DNA from: a virus
Virus record (IMG/VR): IMGVR_UViG_3300046804_001782
Span: 12,481 to 76,480 of that record
DNA: 64,000 nt
Reading direction: 5' to 3' (one strand)
Part shown: positions 46,222 to 56,067 of the stretch, one piece after another
Layout of the letters: each line of letters begins with the position of its first letter
Position numbering within the stretch: the first letter of the stretch is position 1
Notes under the pieces: model-generated
Databases searched by the model: none
Told to the model about the DNA's origin: nothing
Seen by the model: the letters and a program-made list of their open reading frames with translations, nothing else
Position numbers and translations under genes: made by a program

Positions 46222-46984
46222 TCATAGCGGTGATCTTACTGCCGCAATGAACGCAATCTACGTCCACCTCCTCCATCGTGGGACCCATTTCTATAGAAAT
46301 AAGTTCCTTGATGAGTTTGTTACGATCAACCATTCCTAATGAACGCGCCCATTCTTCTGGGTTTGTTGGGGCATTCTCTTTCCAAACGCTGCAACGGGCC
46401 AACAAAAGAGTGCTCTGCTCTGCATTTGTCTTAGCCTTTTTACCGACATACAAGGTGTCCGCAGCAGTAGGGATCCTTAGTTCGTGAATGACACCATTAC
46501 GTAACTCCACCTTTAGTGTGTCTGTTGGGTCAAAACTGGGAACAACAACAGGAAAGTCATCTACAAGATCAATTGTTATTTTATTAATCTTATTACAAGA
46601 ATCACAGGTTCTATCAAAGGAACGCTCACGACCGTAGGTCGTTCTTACAATTGCCAAGAAGAGGGAGTTGCGATCACCTATTGCTAAATCATCTAGCCTG
46701 CTTTGAAAATTAGATATTGAGCCAAGCGACACAACACCCATTTTCAAAATCTCAGTAATGTACTCAGCATAGGTTATGTTTTTGCGGTTCTCCAATGAGG
46801 CAATACGCTCTTCGTCATACCCATTGAGTTCTCTAACTTCTGCTACTCGTTCCCAAATACCAGTAGTGGTATTCAATAAGCCACGCTGTAGTTCTATAAA
46901 ATTGCTTAGATGATTGGGTATTTCTGGAAATGACTCTTGATTAATGTTTTGTAAAGCATCAACAGTCTCCACTTGGTGTTCCAT
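46193..46984 (-). CDS. Tail/baseplate assembly chaperone (gp26-like)
   Basis: VRELNG.DEE, GDR, CxxC twice, LRIPT; between tube and TMP. Confidence 0.72.
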   Translation of the reverse strand: MEHQVETVDALQNINQESFPEIPNHLSNFIELQRGLLNTTTGIWERVAEVRELNGYDEERIASLENRKNITYAEYITEILKMGVVSLGSISNFQSRLDDLAIGDRNSLFLAIVRTTYGRERSFDRTCDSCNKINKITIDLVDDFPVVVPSFDPTDTLKVELRNGVIHELRIPTAADTLYVGKKAKTNAEQSTLLLARCSVWKENAPTNPEEWARSLGMVDRNKLIKELISIEMGPTMEEVDVDCVHCGSKITAMIDWVFLILG

Positions 46985-47006
46985 TTATATAACCTTTCCT
47001 AGTCTA

Positions 47007-47633
47007 TTAGTTCAGTTGTGACAGTTTGTCGAAGTCACTTTCGTTATTCACGATAACAAAACCTTCATGATGTAGCGTCATTTGCTGAACCAGAATACCA
47101 CTACTACTTGCATTGAGGTCTGTCATTGCAAAAGCACCGGGCCAGCAGTTGTATAGCGCAAAACCAAGGCGCATTGATGGAAGGTTTACTGTTTGCTGTG
47201 TTGCTTCGACAGGATCTACAACATACGTTGCACCTGATGCGGGGTGGTCTAGTACTCGTACATACACGTTACACCGATAATCGTTAGAACCTGAGTTAGA
47301 GGTTCCTGAAAGCGCGTTTAGTGCTCCAGTACTCCATGTGTGCAGATATTGCTGCCACTTATACAAAGCATCTTGGTTAGGACCAAGAAACACACCACGA
47401 CTAAAGGTTATTGCTCCGTAGTCTGACTGTCCTAGGAGTTTATGCGGGTGCGTGTTCATACCACCCTCACGGTAACTGACAACGTCATTAGTTACAGTAA
47501 GACCTGAGACAACAGCAAAGCCTAGGTTTAGATCACCAGTAATTCCCATAGCCTGCTTAAGTGAGGCTGGTGGAGAAATTGTTACATCAAATTTAAAGTC
47601 ACGAATGGGATCGTGTGAAGATGAACGTGGCAT
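47007..47633 (-). CDS. Tail tube protein (T4 gp19-like)
   Basis: DP.R.F.F, GF..VSGL, YREGG, IT.SRG, L.HEG. Confidence 0.88.
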   Translation of the reverse strand: MPRSSSHDPIRDFKFDVTISPPASLKQAMGITGDLNLGFAVVSGLTVTNDVVSYREGGMNTHPHKLLGQSDYGAITFSRGVFLGPNQDALYKWQQYLHTWSTGALNALSGTSNSGSNDYRCNVYVRVLDHPASGATYVVDPVEATQQTVNLPSMRLGFALYNCWPGAFAMTDLNASSSGILVQQMTLHHEGFVIVNNESDFDKLSQLN

Positions 47634-47646
47634 AGGTTCTCCCTTA

Positions 47647-49158
47647 TTAGAGTGTTTCTACGGCATTGCTGCCGCCTGTCCATTGACTAATGTTAATAAC
47701 TATGAATTCCGCTGGTTGCTGTAGAGCCACGCCGATTTCAACATGGACTTCCCCATCGTCAACAGTACTTACTGTGTTGTTTGTGGAGTCACAAGTAACG
47801 TAGTAAGCCTGATTTTGTGATCCCTTCAAACCGCCAGCAGCCCAAAACGTGCTAAGAACGTTTCCACAGGCAGAGCGAACTGCTGCCCACAGGCGTTCAT
47901 CGTTAGGTTCAAAAACTGCAAACTGTGTTGCATCCTTTAGGGCTTGCTTCAAGTAGTTGAGTGATCGACGTACAGAGATATACCGATCTGGGCGTAGACG
48001 CTCTAGTGTGCGACCACCGAAAAGGACAATACCTGCACCCGGAACCTGCTTAAAGCAGTTGATACCCGCGTTGTACATATCCCCGATATCGCCTTCGGTA
48101 AGTTTAAGATCAATACCAAGAGCATTACGGATGTCTGCTGAATAACCAGCGGGTGTCTTAGCCACACTACGCTCTGCCTCAGTACGAGCATAAAGACCGG
48201 CAACTGCTCCACCGGGATATGTGCGTCGTATAGCCGCTGGTCCACTACGTGCTGGATCAACCATCGTAAGCATTGGAGCGCAGAAGATAGCGTAGTTACT
48301 ACCGGGTGATGAACGGTGTGTAGAAACTTCAGCAATAAATGCTGACTTATCTGTACTTAGTGGTGATGGATCAATGATTGCTATAGAAGTTCCACGATCT
48401 AGTGCTTTAGCCATTACAGCGTTTACTACTGTACCGGTGTACTTGCCTACCGCATTGATCATCAGAACACCTTCAATAGTGTCCAGAAGGTCTAAAGCAT
48501 CAGCGTAATCCTCATCGTCAGGGGCATCATTAGTACCACCAGCAAGCGTATACGCAGTTAGTATGAAGTCTGTATCTGGACCAGCCAAGATGGACGCAAT
48601 ATTAGATATACGAATGTACCTTGAGTACGTATTGATAACACTACCTACGTACCTTGAATTAGATACTTCAGTTGACACCTCGGTCCAACGCTCAACTTCA
48701 AGGCCATCCAGTGTTACAACAACATTGAATGTTGGTATTACATCTACGGCAGGGGTTACTAGACCTTCAGTAATTGAAATTTGAATAGTGTTGCCCCAAG
48801 TGCCGGGATCTATTGCTTCTACATCAAACAGTGTTGCACTTGCACCAGTACCACCATTTGTGTAGTACTTTACTGCGATTTCTGAAGTAGTTGCACCAGT
48901 ACCAACTACACGAGTTACATATGCTGCTGGACCACCATTAGCAAAGTAATGATAAACAGCATAACCCAAATCGTGTGATGTGGATACTGGTCCAAATAGA
49001 GAAGTGAATTCAGTCCATGTGCTGATAAGTGTTGGACTAACTGGACCTCGGTCAGAGGTTCCAAAAAATGCCGCAATAGATGAACTAAGGTTAATAGAGG
49101 CTACACGACTCTTGAATGTTGATTCAGATACGTATACGCCGGGTGTTGAGTAAGCCAT
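47647..49158 (-). CDS. Tail sheath protein
   Basis: PGVYV, RGP, YISVRR, AVFEPND..LW, PAEFIVI. Confidence 0.95.
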   Translation of the reverse strand: MAYSTPGVYVSESTFKSRVASINLSSSIAAFFGTSDRGPVSPTLISTWTEFTSLFGPVSTSHDLGYAVYHYFANGGPAAYVTRVVGTGATTSEIAVKYYTNGGTGASATLFDVEAIDPGTWGNTIQISITEGLVTPAVDVIPTFNVVVTLDGLEVERWTEVSTEVSNSRYVGSVINTYSRYIRISNIASILAGPDTDFILTAYTLAGGTNDAPDDEDYADALDLLDTIEGVLMINAVGKYTGTVVNAVMAKALDRGTSIAIIDPSPLSTDKSAFIAEVSTHRSSPGSNYAIFCAPMLTMVDPARSGPAAIRRTYPGGAVAGLYARTEAERSVAKTPAGYSADIRNALGIDLKLTEGDIGDMYNAGINCFKQVPGAGIVLFGGRTLERLRPDRYISVRRSLNYLKQALKDATQFAVFEPNDERLWAAVRSACGNVLSTFWAAGGLKGSQNQAYYVTCDSTNNTVSTVDDGEVHVEIGVALQQPAEFIVINISQWTGGSNAVETL

Positions 49159-49871
49159 TAAAAAGCCTCCGAAAAAGGTGGGTTGAATACGGGAGTTTCG
49201 CTTTCTACATTAGTAATATTAGCAACTACAGAGGTTGCTCGCTTGACTAGTGTCCAGTCTTCTCGTGGTATCTCTGCATTGATTTTCAATGTATATACTT
49301 TACGAAAGATTCGTTTACGGTAACCAGACTCATTGTCTAGTAGGTCAGCCTGCTGCCAACCAAGCATGTCCAGACGACGGGTGGTGCCATCGGCAGGTAT
49401 AAGTAGTGCATTACTACGAAACGGTAATATATAACGTAATAATTTTGCAGTTAGTTGTCGGTCATGAAGGGCCGAACGTGTGTATGTAGATATTTGATAT
49501 GTAAGATCTACAGGTATTGGGGCAATCATTCTCAAATAGTCTTGTTGGTTATCCTCTAACAAATCGTCCATACCATCTTGATCTATCTCAGATGGAAAAT
49601 ACCCAATACTTAAATTTCCAAAATTGCTAATGTTCTCTGCATCTGTGTGTTGATAGTAGTAATAGTGCTCTGAGTGTTGCCTATTTAGTGCTTGTACTAA
49701 ACTGACCATCTCAATAGTTATAAATGGGTATTCTTTTTCAGTTTCACCTTCAGGGTATCTAAAGAACACCTTCACGGGCCTGCTTGCGTTTCGATCATCA
49801 GAAACGGTTATGCCAGACAGGCGAGTTTTTAATGCTTCATCTTCAGCAAGAAGGAAACCTGTGCGAGACAT
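49158..49871 (-). CDS. Tail terminator / completion protein
   Basis: YPFITI, P.PVDL.YQI; immediately upstream of the sheath. Confidence 0.6.
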   Translation of the reverse strand: MSRTGFLLAEDEALKTRLSGITVSDDRNASRPVKVFFRYPEGETEKEYPFITIEMVSLVQALNRQHSEHYYYYQHTDAENISNFGNLSIGYFPSEIDQDGMDDLLEDNQQDYLRMIAPIPVDLTYQISTYTRSALHDRQLTAKLLRYILPFRSNALLIPADGTTRRLDMLGWQQADLLDNESGYRKRIFRKVYTLKINAEIPREDWTLVKRATSVVANITNVESETPVFNPPFSEAF

Positions 49872-50218
49872 TATGCCAATTCCTTTATTACTTTATTTAG
49901 TTCAGTGTTGGCATATTGTGTAAAGTTACGAACTTTTGAATTCAAAGGATTTTGTGGTGTCCCATACTCTAGATCAAGAGCCTTGGGATGGTTTACCTGT
50001 ACAACAAAACCATCATCGGTGATATTTACCTGTGCGTAATCAACTAGAGTTTCCCAGTCTTTATCTTGTTTAAGAATGGTGCGAAACTCTTCTTGAAGAG
50101 ACGCTGCCTTTTCCGCAAGTTTAGTAATGACCACACTTTTAAGGTTTATATAGTCATTTAACTCTATAGAAGGACCATCAGAAGGTGTCTGCATGGATGC
50201 AGCAGTTTCGACGCTCAT
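49871..50218 (-). CDS. Putative neck protein
   Basis: LEYGT motif; GGAGG RBS. Confidence 0.5.
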   Translation of the reverse strand: MSVETAASMQTPSDGPSIELNDYINLKSVVITKLAEKAASLQEEFRTILKQDKDWETLVDYAQVNITDDGFVVQVNHPKALDLEYGTPQNPLNSKVRNFTQYANTELNKVIKELA

Positions 50219-50278
50219 ACGTCCCTCCGTGGTCTAGGCAATTAAGACAATAGACGCTCATCTACTGTCTAATATAGT

Positions 50279-50809
50279 TTAGCCTAAAATTGGAAGGTTA
50301 GTTGGCCAAGGCAATTCTGTATCTAAATCATCGTAGGGGCCGGGGTCGTTTACCATTTCTTGATCAACGTACAACTGACTTCCTTGAACAAGGTGATAAA
50401 CGTCACCACGTAAGTTTCCTCGTACTTTGTAATCAACCACTGTATATACTCGCCCATCCCACTTAAAAATGTCATTAAGGTGGTTTTCATACTCCCAAGG
50501 ATTGCTAATACCAGCATCTCGCATAGTCTTAGAAGTTATAAACATTTCTATATTCTGGATGGGCAGGCGCGCGTCAGGTATTGCTCTCTTTTGGTCTTCT
50601 ATTTCAGTTATCCGTAGTACCGGAAGTTTTACCCCTTGCTTATACTTTCTTCCATTGCTTCCTACAATACCCTCGTCATAAACGTCATCAAAGGTACTGT
50701 TGCCAACAGTTAGTGGTAAAAACTCGTACCAAACAATTACCATTCCCTGAGTTTTATGGAACCAATCAAACTGTTTATTTATTAAATCCAGTTCACGTCT
50801 GATATCCAT
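50279..50809 (-). CDS. Putative head closure protein
   Basis: D.VYDE, D...WDG.VY.V; position. Confidence 0.55.
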   Translation of the reverse strand: MDIRRELDLINKQFDWFHKTQGMVIVWYEFLPLTVGNSTFDDVYDEGIVGSNGRKYKQGVKLPVLRITEIEDQKRAIPDARLPIQNIEMFITSKTMRDAGISNPWEYENHLNDIFKWDGRVYTVVDYKVRGNLRGDVYHLVQGSQLYVDQEMVNDPGPYDDLDTELPWPTNLPILG

Positions 50810-51615
50810 TAGTAATACACCGTCGTTGTTTGTCCAGAGGGTGGAGGACCATCAACGTAAACATCAGTACGCATCGGTTCTTCTTTAATTTCTTGATTAA
50901 TAATCCCTGAATCCATACGTGGCCATAGACGCTCAACAGGGCTATATTCACCAATTTCACGAGCCTTATACAAAGGCACAAGATAACCAGTTGTTCTGGA
51001 TATGCGCCGCAAAGAGAACACTTCCATACGGTCAATACCAATATTCAAAGCCGTAGCGTGCCTCTTATATTCTTCTTCCCATTGTGCTAGAAGGGCTTGA
51101 ACCATCCTAAAACGCTGACTGGCAGGAATGTGTACTGATTCAGATGTTATTACATCAATGTCACGACTGTACTCAGTCATCAATGCCCATAGGCTTTCAC
51201 ATATAGCAGAAATACCTATCGCATTAATTACTGCGTCAGACACCTCAGTTAAATCAAAACCTACCGGATCAAGGTGTTTTTCTACGGCCTTCTTTGCGTA
51301 AAAAGCAAGGTCGTCAGGAGTTACCCATTCATAGTAATAACCCTCCACCATAATCTTGGAAGAAGATGTTGGAGGGTTATTTAGTCTCATGATTCCGTTT
51401 CTGGAATCAAGGGTGTATCCAGTAGCGGCTATAGCCGTAACACTGGCTGATGGCGTATTGGGAATGTATGACGCAACCCACAAAGAGTCAGCATCGACGT
51501 TAGTGTGCCCAAGTTGATACGTGCGCCCTAGGGCATCAAAAGAAACCTGAAAGAACTTTGGAAAGTCTCGCAGGTAGTTCCGTGCAATATTTACGACATC
51601 AACAAAAGTAGCCAT
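50809..51615 (-). CDS. Putative head-tail adaptor
   Basis: Position between capsid and tail genes; IPASQRF motif. Confidence 0.55.
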   Translation of the reverse strand: MATFVDVVNIARNYLRDFPKFFQVSFDALGRTYQLGHTNVDADSLWVASYIPNTPSASVTAIAATGYTLDSRNGIMRLNNPPTSSSKIMVEGYYYEWVTPDDLAFYAKKAVEKHLDPVGFDLTEVSDAVINAIGISAICESLWALMTEYSRDIDVITSESVHIPASQRFRMVQALLAQWEEEYKRHATALNIGIDRMEVFSLRRISRTTGYLVPLYKAREIGEYSPVERLWPRMDSGIINQEIKEEPMRTDVYVDGPPPSGQTTTVYY

Positions 51616-51637
51616 GTAACTAGTTTACTACAGTATC

Positions 51638-51784
51638 CTACTCCCGATCTGGGAGTGTATCCTGAGATGTTTTGTTGATTGCTGGTTGCTGTTCTCTGTA
51701 CCTCTGAGACATAGTTGAGGTGTTTACTTTTATTTCTTGCAGCGACCCAGATGGGTTTGCAATCTTTTCGTAAACCTCAGCCAT
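51638..51784 (-). CDS. Microprotein (48 aa), absent from the ORF track
   Basis: TAAGGA RBS; MAEVYEKIANPSG...DRE*. Confidence 0.5.
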   Translation of the reverse strand: MAEVYEKIANPSGSLQEIKVNTSTMSQRYREQQPAINKTSQDTLPDRE

Positions 51785-51793
51785 ATGCAATCC

Positions 51794-52024
51794 TTACAGT
51801 GTGTCGTAAATACAAGCCCGTGACTTTAGGTATTGGAAAAGTTCACGTGGAATACGGTAACGCTTACCATCTTCAAAGTTGTACTTTGAAGGACCCCAGT
51901 TCATTGACCAAGTGCCTTTCACTCGGGCACTCACCAAGTCGTCGTTTACTACAACTTCATCAAATACCTCAATTTGATCATCAGTTGCTTCTTCAACGTC
52001 GGAAATAATGCGACGATTTGCCAT
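51794..52024 (-). CDS. Hypothetical capsid-associated protein
   Basis: AAGGAG RBS; directly downstream of the major capsid gene. Confidence 0.7.
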   Translation of the reverse strand: MANRRIISDVEEATDDQIEVFDEVVVNDDLVSARVKGTWSMNWGPSKYNFEDGKRYRIPRELFQYLKSRACIYDTL

Positions 52025-52058
52025 GTTGATTAACTCCTTATTGTGTTTGTTTTTGTAT

Positions 52059-52094
52059 CTAGAATGGCAGGGGATTGCTCCCCTGCCATTCTAG
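52059..52094 (-). terminator. 16-bp hairpin with a GCAA loop downstream of the major capsid gene
   Basis: CTAGAATGGCAGGGGA-TTGC-TCCCCTGCCATTCTAG; no U-tract on the - strand. Confidence 0.65.
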
Positions 52095-52124
52095 CCTACC
52101 TGCACGTAGTTTTTATACGTGTAA

Positions 52125-53207
52125 TTACTGGATTGCCCCACCAAGGGTGTTGATGAGTACACGTGATTCGTGGGTGATTACACCGAAGCCCCAGATTGCG
52201 TACCATGCAAGACCGTGCTCACGACCGAAGTCGATCACGCCGCCGTCACGGAGTTCAACAGGGAGAGCGATGGCGTGGCCGAAGGCGTTGTCACCGATCA
52301 TTACTGAGGTGTAGGAACCAGTGTTGGTTGCTTGGTTACCAGCAGTACCAGAGTCGATGTCTGCTGGGAGGCCAAGGCCCTTAGCAACCTGTGTCGTTTC
52401 AATGAACACTACGTCATAGATACGACCGATTTCACCAAGCATGAAGTTACCGGGGGCGGCGTACTTGGTTACTTCGATGAACTCAGGCCAGTCACGGAGT
52501 GAACGTGACTGTGATGGGTGTACGAAGCACACGTAGGTATCGCCAAGCCGTGGGATGTTCTTACCAGCGAGAACCTCAACAGCATCCTTGATGGTTGCTG
52601 GGCTGAGGTAACCGGGGGATGCGGCAGTGCCGATGGTGCCGGGGTTGTAGGGGCTGATACGGTCACGTGCGCTGTCACCAACAGTGCGACCGAATACTAC
52701 GTCGGGTGCAACCGCTGAACCGCCGCCAAAAGGAACACCGTTGGCATACAGGGTGTTACGGGCCTGAATGTCCATGCTCTGGGCCATATGACGACCGAGA
52801 AGGCGTGAGGCTGATGCCATAACGTCATCGAATGATGCGTTGAGAAGCAGTTCAGTAACTGCTACGGCCTGACCGTGTTCCTTAACGGTGATCTGAATCT
52901 GGCTAGCAGAAAGGGCTACTGGCTCAAGACGAACACCTTCGGTAAGTTCTGCGGCAACAGTCTCAGAAACTGAGAGGTTGTTATACCGCATGAAGTTGAT
53001 GGTAAGACCGGGCATAACGCCGAGTTCGGTCTTCTTAACTGCAAACTGCTCAAACCGAAGAACAGGCATGGCTTGGAAAAGGATTTCCTTTGACCAAATT
53101 TCCTGAATTGCGGGTGAGAGGGTTGAATCACTGGAATAACCAGTGGTGGTAACGCTTGAAAGACCTGCGCCTGTAATTGCGCCGCCTGCTGGGCTGGGAT
53201 AAGCCAT
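52125..53207 (-). CDS. Major capsid protein (N4-gp56-like family)
   Basis: LRFEQFA, LTEG, E.G.AV, FVHP.Q...LR, GEIG, DFGR; biased codon use; GGAGG RBS. Confidence 0.9.
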   Translation of the reverse strand: MAYPSPAGGAITGAGLSSVTTTGYSSDSTLSPAIQEIWSKEILFQAMPVLRFEQFAVKKTELGVMPGLTINFMRYNNLSVSETVAAELTEGVRLEPVALSASQIQITVKEHGQAVAVTELLLNASFDDVMASASRLLGRHMAQSMDIQARNTLYANGVPFGGGSAVAPDVVFGRTVGDSARDRISPYNPGTIGTAASPGYLSPATIKDAVEVLAGKNIPRLGDTYVCFVHPSQSRSLRDWPEFIEVTKYAAPGNFMLGEIGRIYDVVFIETTQVAKGLGLPADIDSGTAGNQATNTGSYTSVMIGDNAFGHAIALPVELRDGGVIDFGREHGLAWYAIWGFGVITHESRVLINTLGGAIQ

Positions 53208-53247
53208 TATTTTCCTCCGATGGAAGTATAGGGTTGGTTATATTATA

Positions 53248-54030
53248 TTAAAAGCGGCCTCGGACTGGCCGAGCCTGTAGGAGCCGCTCACGCATCTTTG
53301 CATACTGATCCATCGGCATATTGCGGATATCCTCCGCGGTCATCGTTTGGTATTCCTGATTGTTTTCCAGTGGCCCAGTTGGGGGTGCCGTTACCGGCGC
53401 TCCCTTCAGACGAGGCATAGATGACTGACTCGCCTGTTGGATTGACTCTATAATAGCACTACTCCGAGCACGAAGTACAGCAATAGAGTTTTCGATGTCG
53501 TCTTCTGAGTTTCCAGCCACCAAATCAAGAAGTTCAGGAATGATGGTTTCCTGCTCTTCTACGATTCTACGCTGACGGTACGTCTCAAGTGCCTGTAGCG
53601 CACGCTCCTTCTCAAGGAGAGCCGCTTGTGCTTGACGGTCCTGCTCCATAACTTGGAACTTCTCAGCCCACTCACGCTCAACTTGGTTGATACGCGAGTT
53701 GAACTCGTCTTCCTTACGTGTAAGGAGTTCCTTAGCGGACAGTTCCTCTAGTTCTCGCTGCTTAATGAGTTCAGCCTCTGCACGCGCCCGTTCCTCAGCC
53801 TGCTTGATGGCTTCCTCACGCTCCTTTGATAGGAGAGCGAGTTGGTCTTCCATAGACTTGAGGCGGTTCTGAGACTCTTCAAGGCGAGAGTACATCTTGT
53901 CCTTTTCCTGCTGACGGATCTTATGGACCTCATCCTCAGTGAAGTACTTCCCGGTAGTCTTTGGGATTTCTTGTTCTTGATGTTCGTCAGGAACGCCGGG
54001 AATGATTATTGATTCTGTGTTTTTCGTCAT
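53248..54030 (-). CDS. Capsid scaffolding protein
   Basis: Glu-rich coiled coil between portal and capsid; R.QEKDK.Y. Confidence 0.75.
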   Translation of the reverse strand: MTKNTESIIIPGVPDEHQEQEIPKTTGKYFTEDEVHKIRQQEKDKMYSRLEESQNRLKSMEDQLALLSKEREEAIKQAEERARAEAELIKQRELEELSAKELLTRKEDEFNSRINQVEREWAEKFQVMEQDRQAQAALLEKERALQALETYRQRRIVEEQETIIPELLDLVAGNSEDDIENSIAVLRARSSAIIESIQQASQSSMPRLKGAPVTAPPTGPLENNQEYQTMTAEDIRNMPMDQYAKMRERLLQARPVRGRF

Positions 54031-54079
54031 TTCTTAAACCTCCGTTAGTTTTTCACATATATGACGTTGTTTGAGTTAC

Positions 54080-55753
54080 TTATTCTTTTTCGTCGGGCGT
54101 ACGACGCTGCGCTAGGCGTGCTCCGTATGCTCGTTGTACTAATTTGTTCATCGTGTCTTGGTCGGGAGCGGGCATGCCCAATCCCGGCAGAGGACCGGCT
54201 TCGCCGCCCTCCTGTCCAGTTATTACATTACCACTTTCTGGACCTTGCTGCGGCATTATACCAGTCGCAAACATCACTGCTTGTTGGATATGTGCTCTTA
54301 CCATATCCAACGATCCTTGATCAAAAGCGTCATCACGAAGTTCTTCAAAGATCTCGGCCAACTTCTCTTCTGGGAATTCTTCACCAAGAATACGAAGCGC
54401 GCCCTTCTTGGACTCAAGACCCATAGATAGTTTGACTTGGGCTTCATTGAGTTTGATGAGTACGTCAACAGGAAGTGGTTCAGGCCAGTGAATTGAGGTT
54501 ACGTAGGTAACCGGATCTAGTGGATCCAGTTCTGTAGCAACCCCCGGTTCAGGAAACTGAGACTCAGAAGGGTTAAACACTGTTAGTTCTGGAACAAAAA
54601 CTGCCGCAGTACGGATGATCAAAGCGTTTATCTTCTCTAGACCCTTAGAGAAGTGTATCTTTTTCATATGATACCGGTTCATCATGGGCTGGTACTGGAT
54701 GGCCAAAGCAACACCACTCGTATTTGATATTGGTTGCATCTGCCCAAGAGCAGTCTCTGGAACACCGGTTATTTCATGCATAACCCTCTTGAGAAACTGG
54801 ATGTATTCAAGGGCACCGGCCATCTCCCCACGAGATTCAAGGTTGAAAACATTTGCTTCCTTTGGAAGGCCAGCCCATACCTTTTTAGGTCCTCGCTCTA
54901 ACTGAGATGCCTTAGCACCAGTAATAATAGTTACTGGAGCAGCGTGGTAGTTGATGATGTCAGAAACCTCTGTCATCTTCTCGTTAAGTTCCCTGTTGAG
55001 AGGAATGATATCCCAAATGTCAGATTGTCCCCACGGGGAAGAAGAGATAGTCACATTTGGGATATGAACAACGGGTATTTGACCAATTGGGTTTTGATAC
55101 TGGTCAATCAATTCGTCATTTATATATTGTTCAATAGAATCGTCTGTGAGGATTTCAGTAAATGTATAAACTTGGCGAGTGCCTTCTGGCGACGTACCCC
55201 AAAAGCGGTACTTTAACTTAAATCGAAGAATGCGATCACGGTCGTGTGGGTGATACTCAGGGAAACAGTGCGCTGGGTTTAGAGGAATAATCCTTATTCT
55301 CCCCTGATGCATAACACCTAAAGAATCTTGATATGGTTCTTCAAAAGCGACTTTTACAAAACAGTCACCTGTAACACCTGCTAATTGACCCATTTCCCAT
55401 AAGACGTGGGTTTTATTATTGTGGTCTTCCCAAACCTTGTGTAGAAGTTGGGGAACTATTGATTGAGTTTGCTCTGGAGTTCTGAACTGCACGCTTTTAC
55501 CAAAGCAAAAGTTGGTTATATAGTCAGCCATTGTGCGAACGTAATTAAGGGTGATGTTTTGTTCACCCATTTCACGACGATATGACCAATGGTGTCCCAA
55601 GTACCAAGCCCAACAAGAGGCGTACCGGTTTAGACGAGGACCATGAACCTCAAACTCTTCATCTGCAAGTTCTACAAGACCAAGAGGGCTTACTGCAACA
55701 GTAAGGTCAGAAGAGGAGGCACGATAAGAAGGTGACCAAAAGTCAATAGGCAT
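54080..55753 (-). CDS. Portal protein (SPP1-like)
   Basis: NY, VTGD, NP.G.IPVVH.PN..WG.SD, SGVAL; position. Confidence 0.88.
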   Translation of the reverse strand: MPIDFWSPSYRASSSDLTVAVSPLGLVELADEEFEVHGPRLNRYASCWAWYLGHHWSYRREMGEQNITLNYVRTMADYITNFCFGKSVQFRTPEQTQSIVPQLLHKVWEDHNNKTHVLWEMGQLAGVTGDCFVKVAFEEPYQDSLGVMHQGRIRIIPLNPAHCFPEYHPHDRDRILRFKLKYRFWGTSPEGTRQVYTFTEILTDDSIEQYINDELIDQYQNPIGQIPVVHIPNVTISSSPWGQSDIWDIIPLNRELNEKMTEVSDIINYHAAPVTIITGAKASQLERGPKKVWAGLPKEANVFNLESRGEMAGALEYIQFLKRVMHEITGVPETALGQMQPISNTSGVALAIQYQPMMNRYHMKKIHFSKGLEKINALIIRTAAVFVPELTVFNPSESQFPEPGVATELDPLDPVTYVTSIHWPEPLPVDVLIKLNEAQVKLSMGLESKKGALRILGEEFPEEKLAEIFEELRDDAFDQGSLDMVRAHIQQAVMFATGIMPQQGPESGNVITGQEGGEAGPLPGLGMPAPDQDTMNKLVQRAYGARLAQRRTPDEKE

Positions 55754-55755
55754 AC

Positions 55756-56052
55756 CTACTTATCTCCCCTCTTTGATGCGCGCCTTGTTATTTTATCATG
55801 TTTTTCAAGTACTTCTATTGATATTACCATTTCATCAGGTATATGTCCTATGTTGTATAACAACACATCGCCATCTTCATCAATATAATAAGTATCTGCT
55901 GTGGTTACATAGCCATCTAGCATGTCTGGAATAAGCCAACCAACTGTCAATGGTATTACTGGTTTTGTTTCGTAGTCGTCAACAGAACACCACTCCTGTG
56001 GTCCTGCAAACGCATCTTTCCATGTAATTTTTACAAGTTGGTATTTGTTCAT
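55756..56052 (-). CDS. Hypothetical phage protein
   Basis: V.ITW.DA...TVGWL. Confidence 0.65.
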   Translation of the reverse strand: MNKYQLVKITWKDAFAGPQEWCSVDDYETKPVIPLTVGWLIPDMLDGYVTTADTYYIDEDGDVLLYNIGHIPDEMVISIEVLEKHDKITRRASKRGDK

Positions 56053-56067
56053 AGTAAACCTATTTTA

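Noticed and set aside
35465-49871. Bacterial extracellular contractile injection system or tailocin
   Set aside because: Capsid, portal, terminase and replication genes are contiguous with the tail genes, so this is a phage
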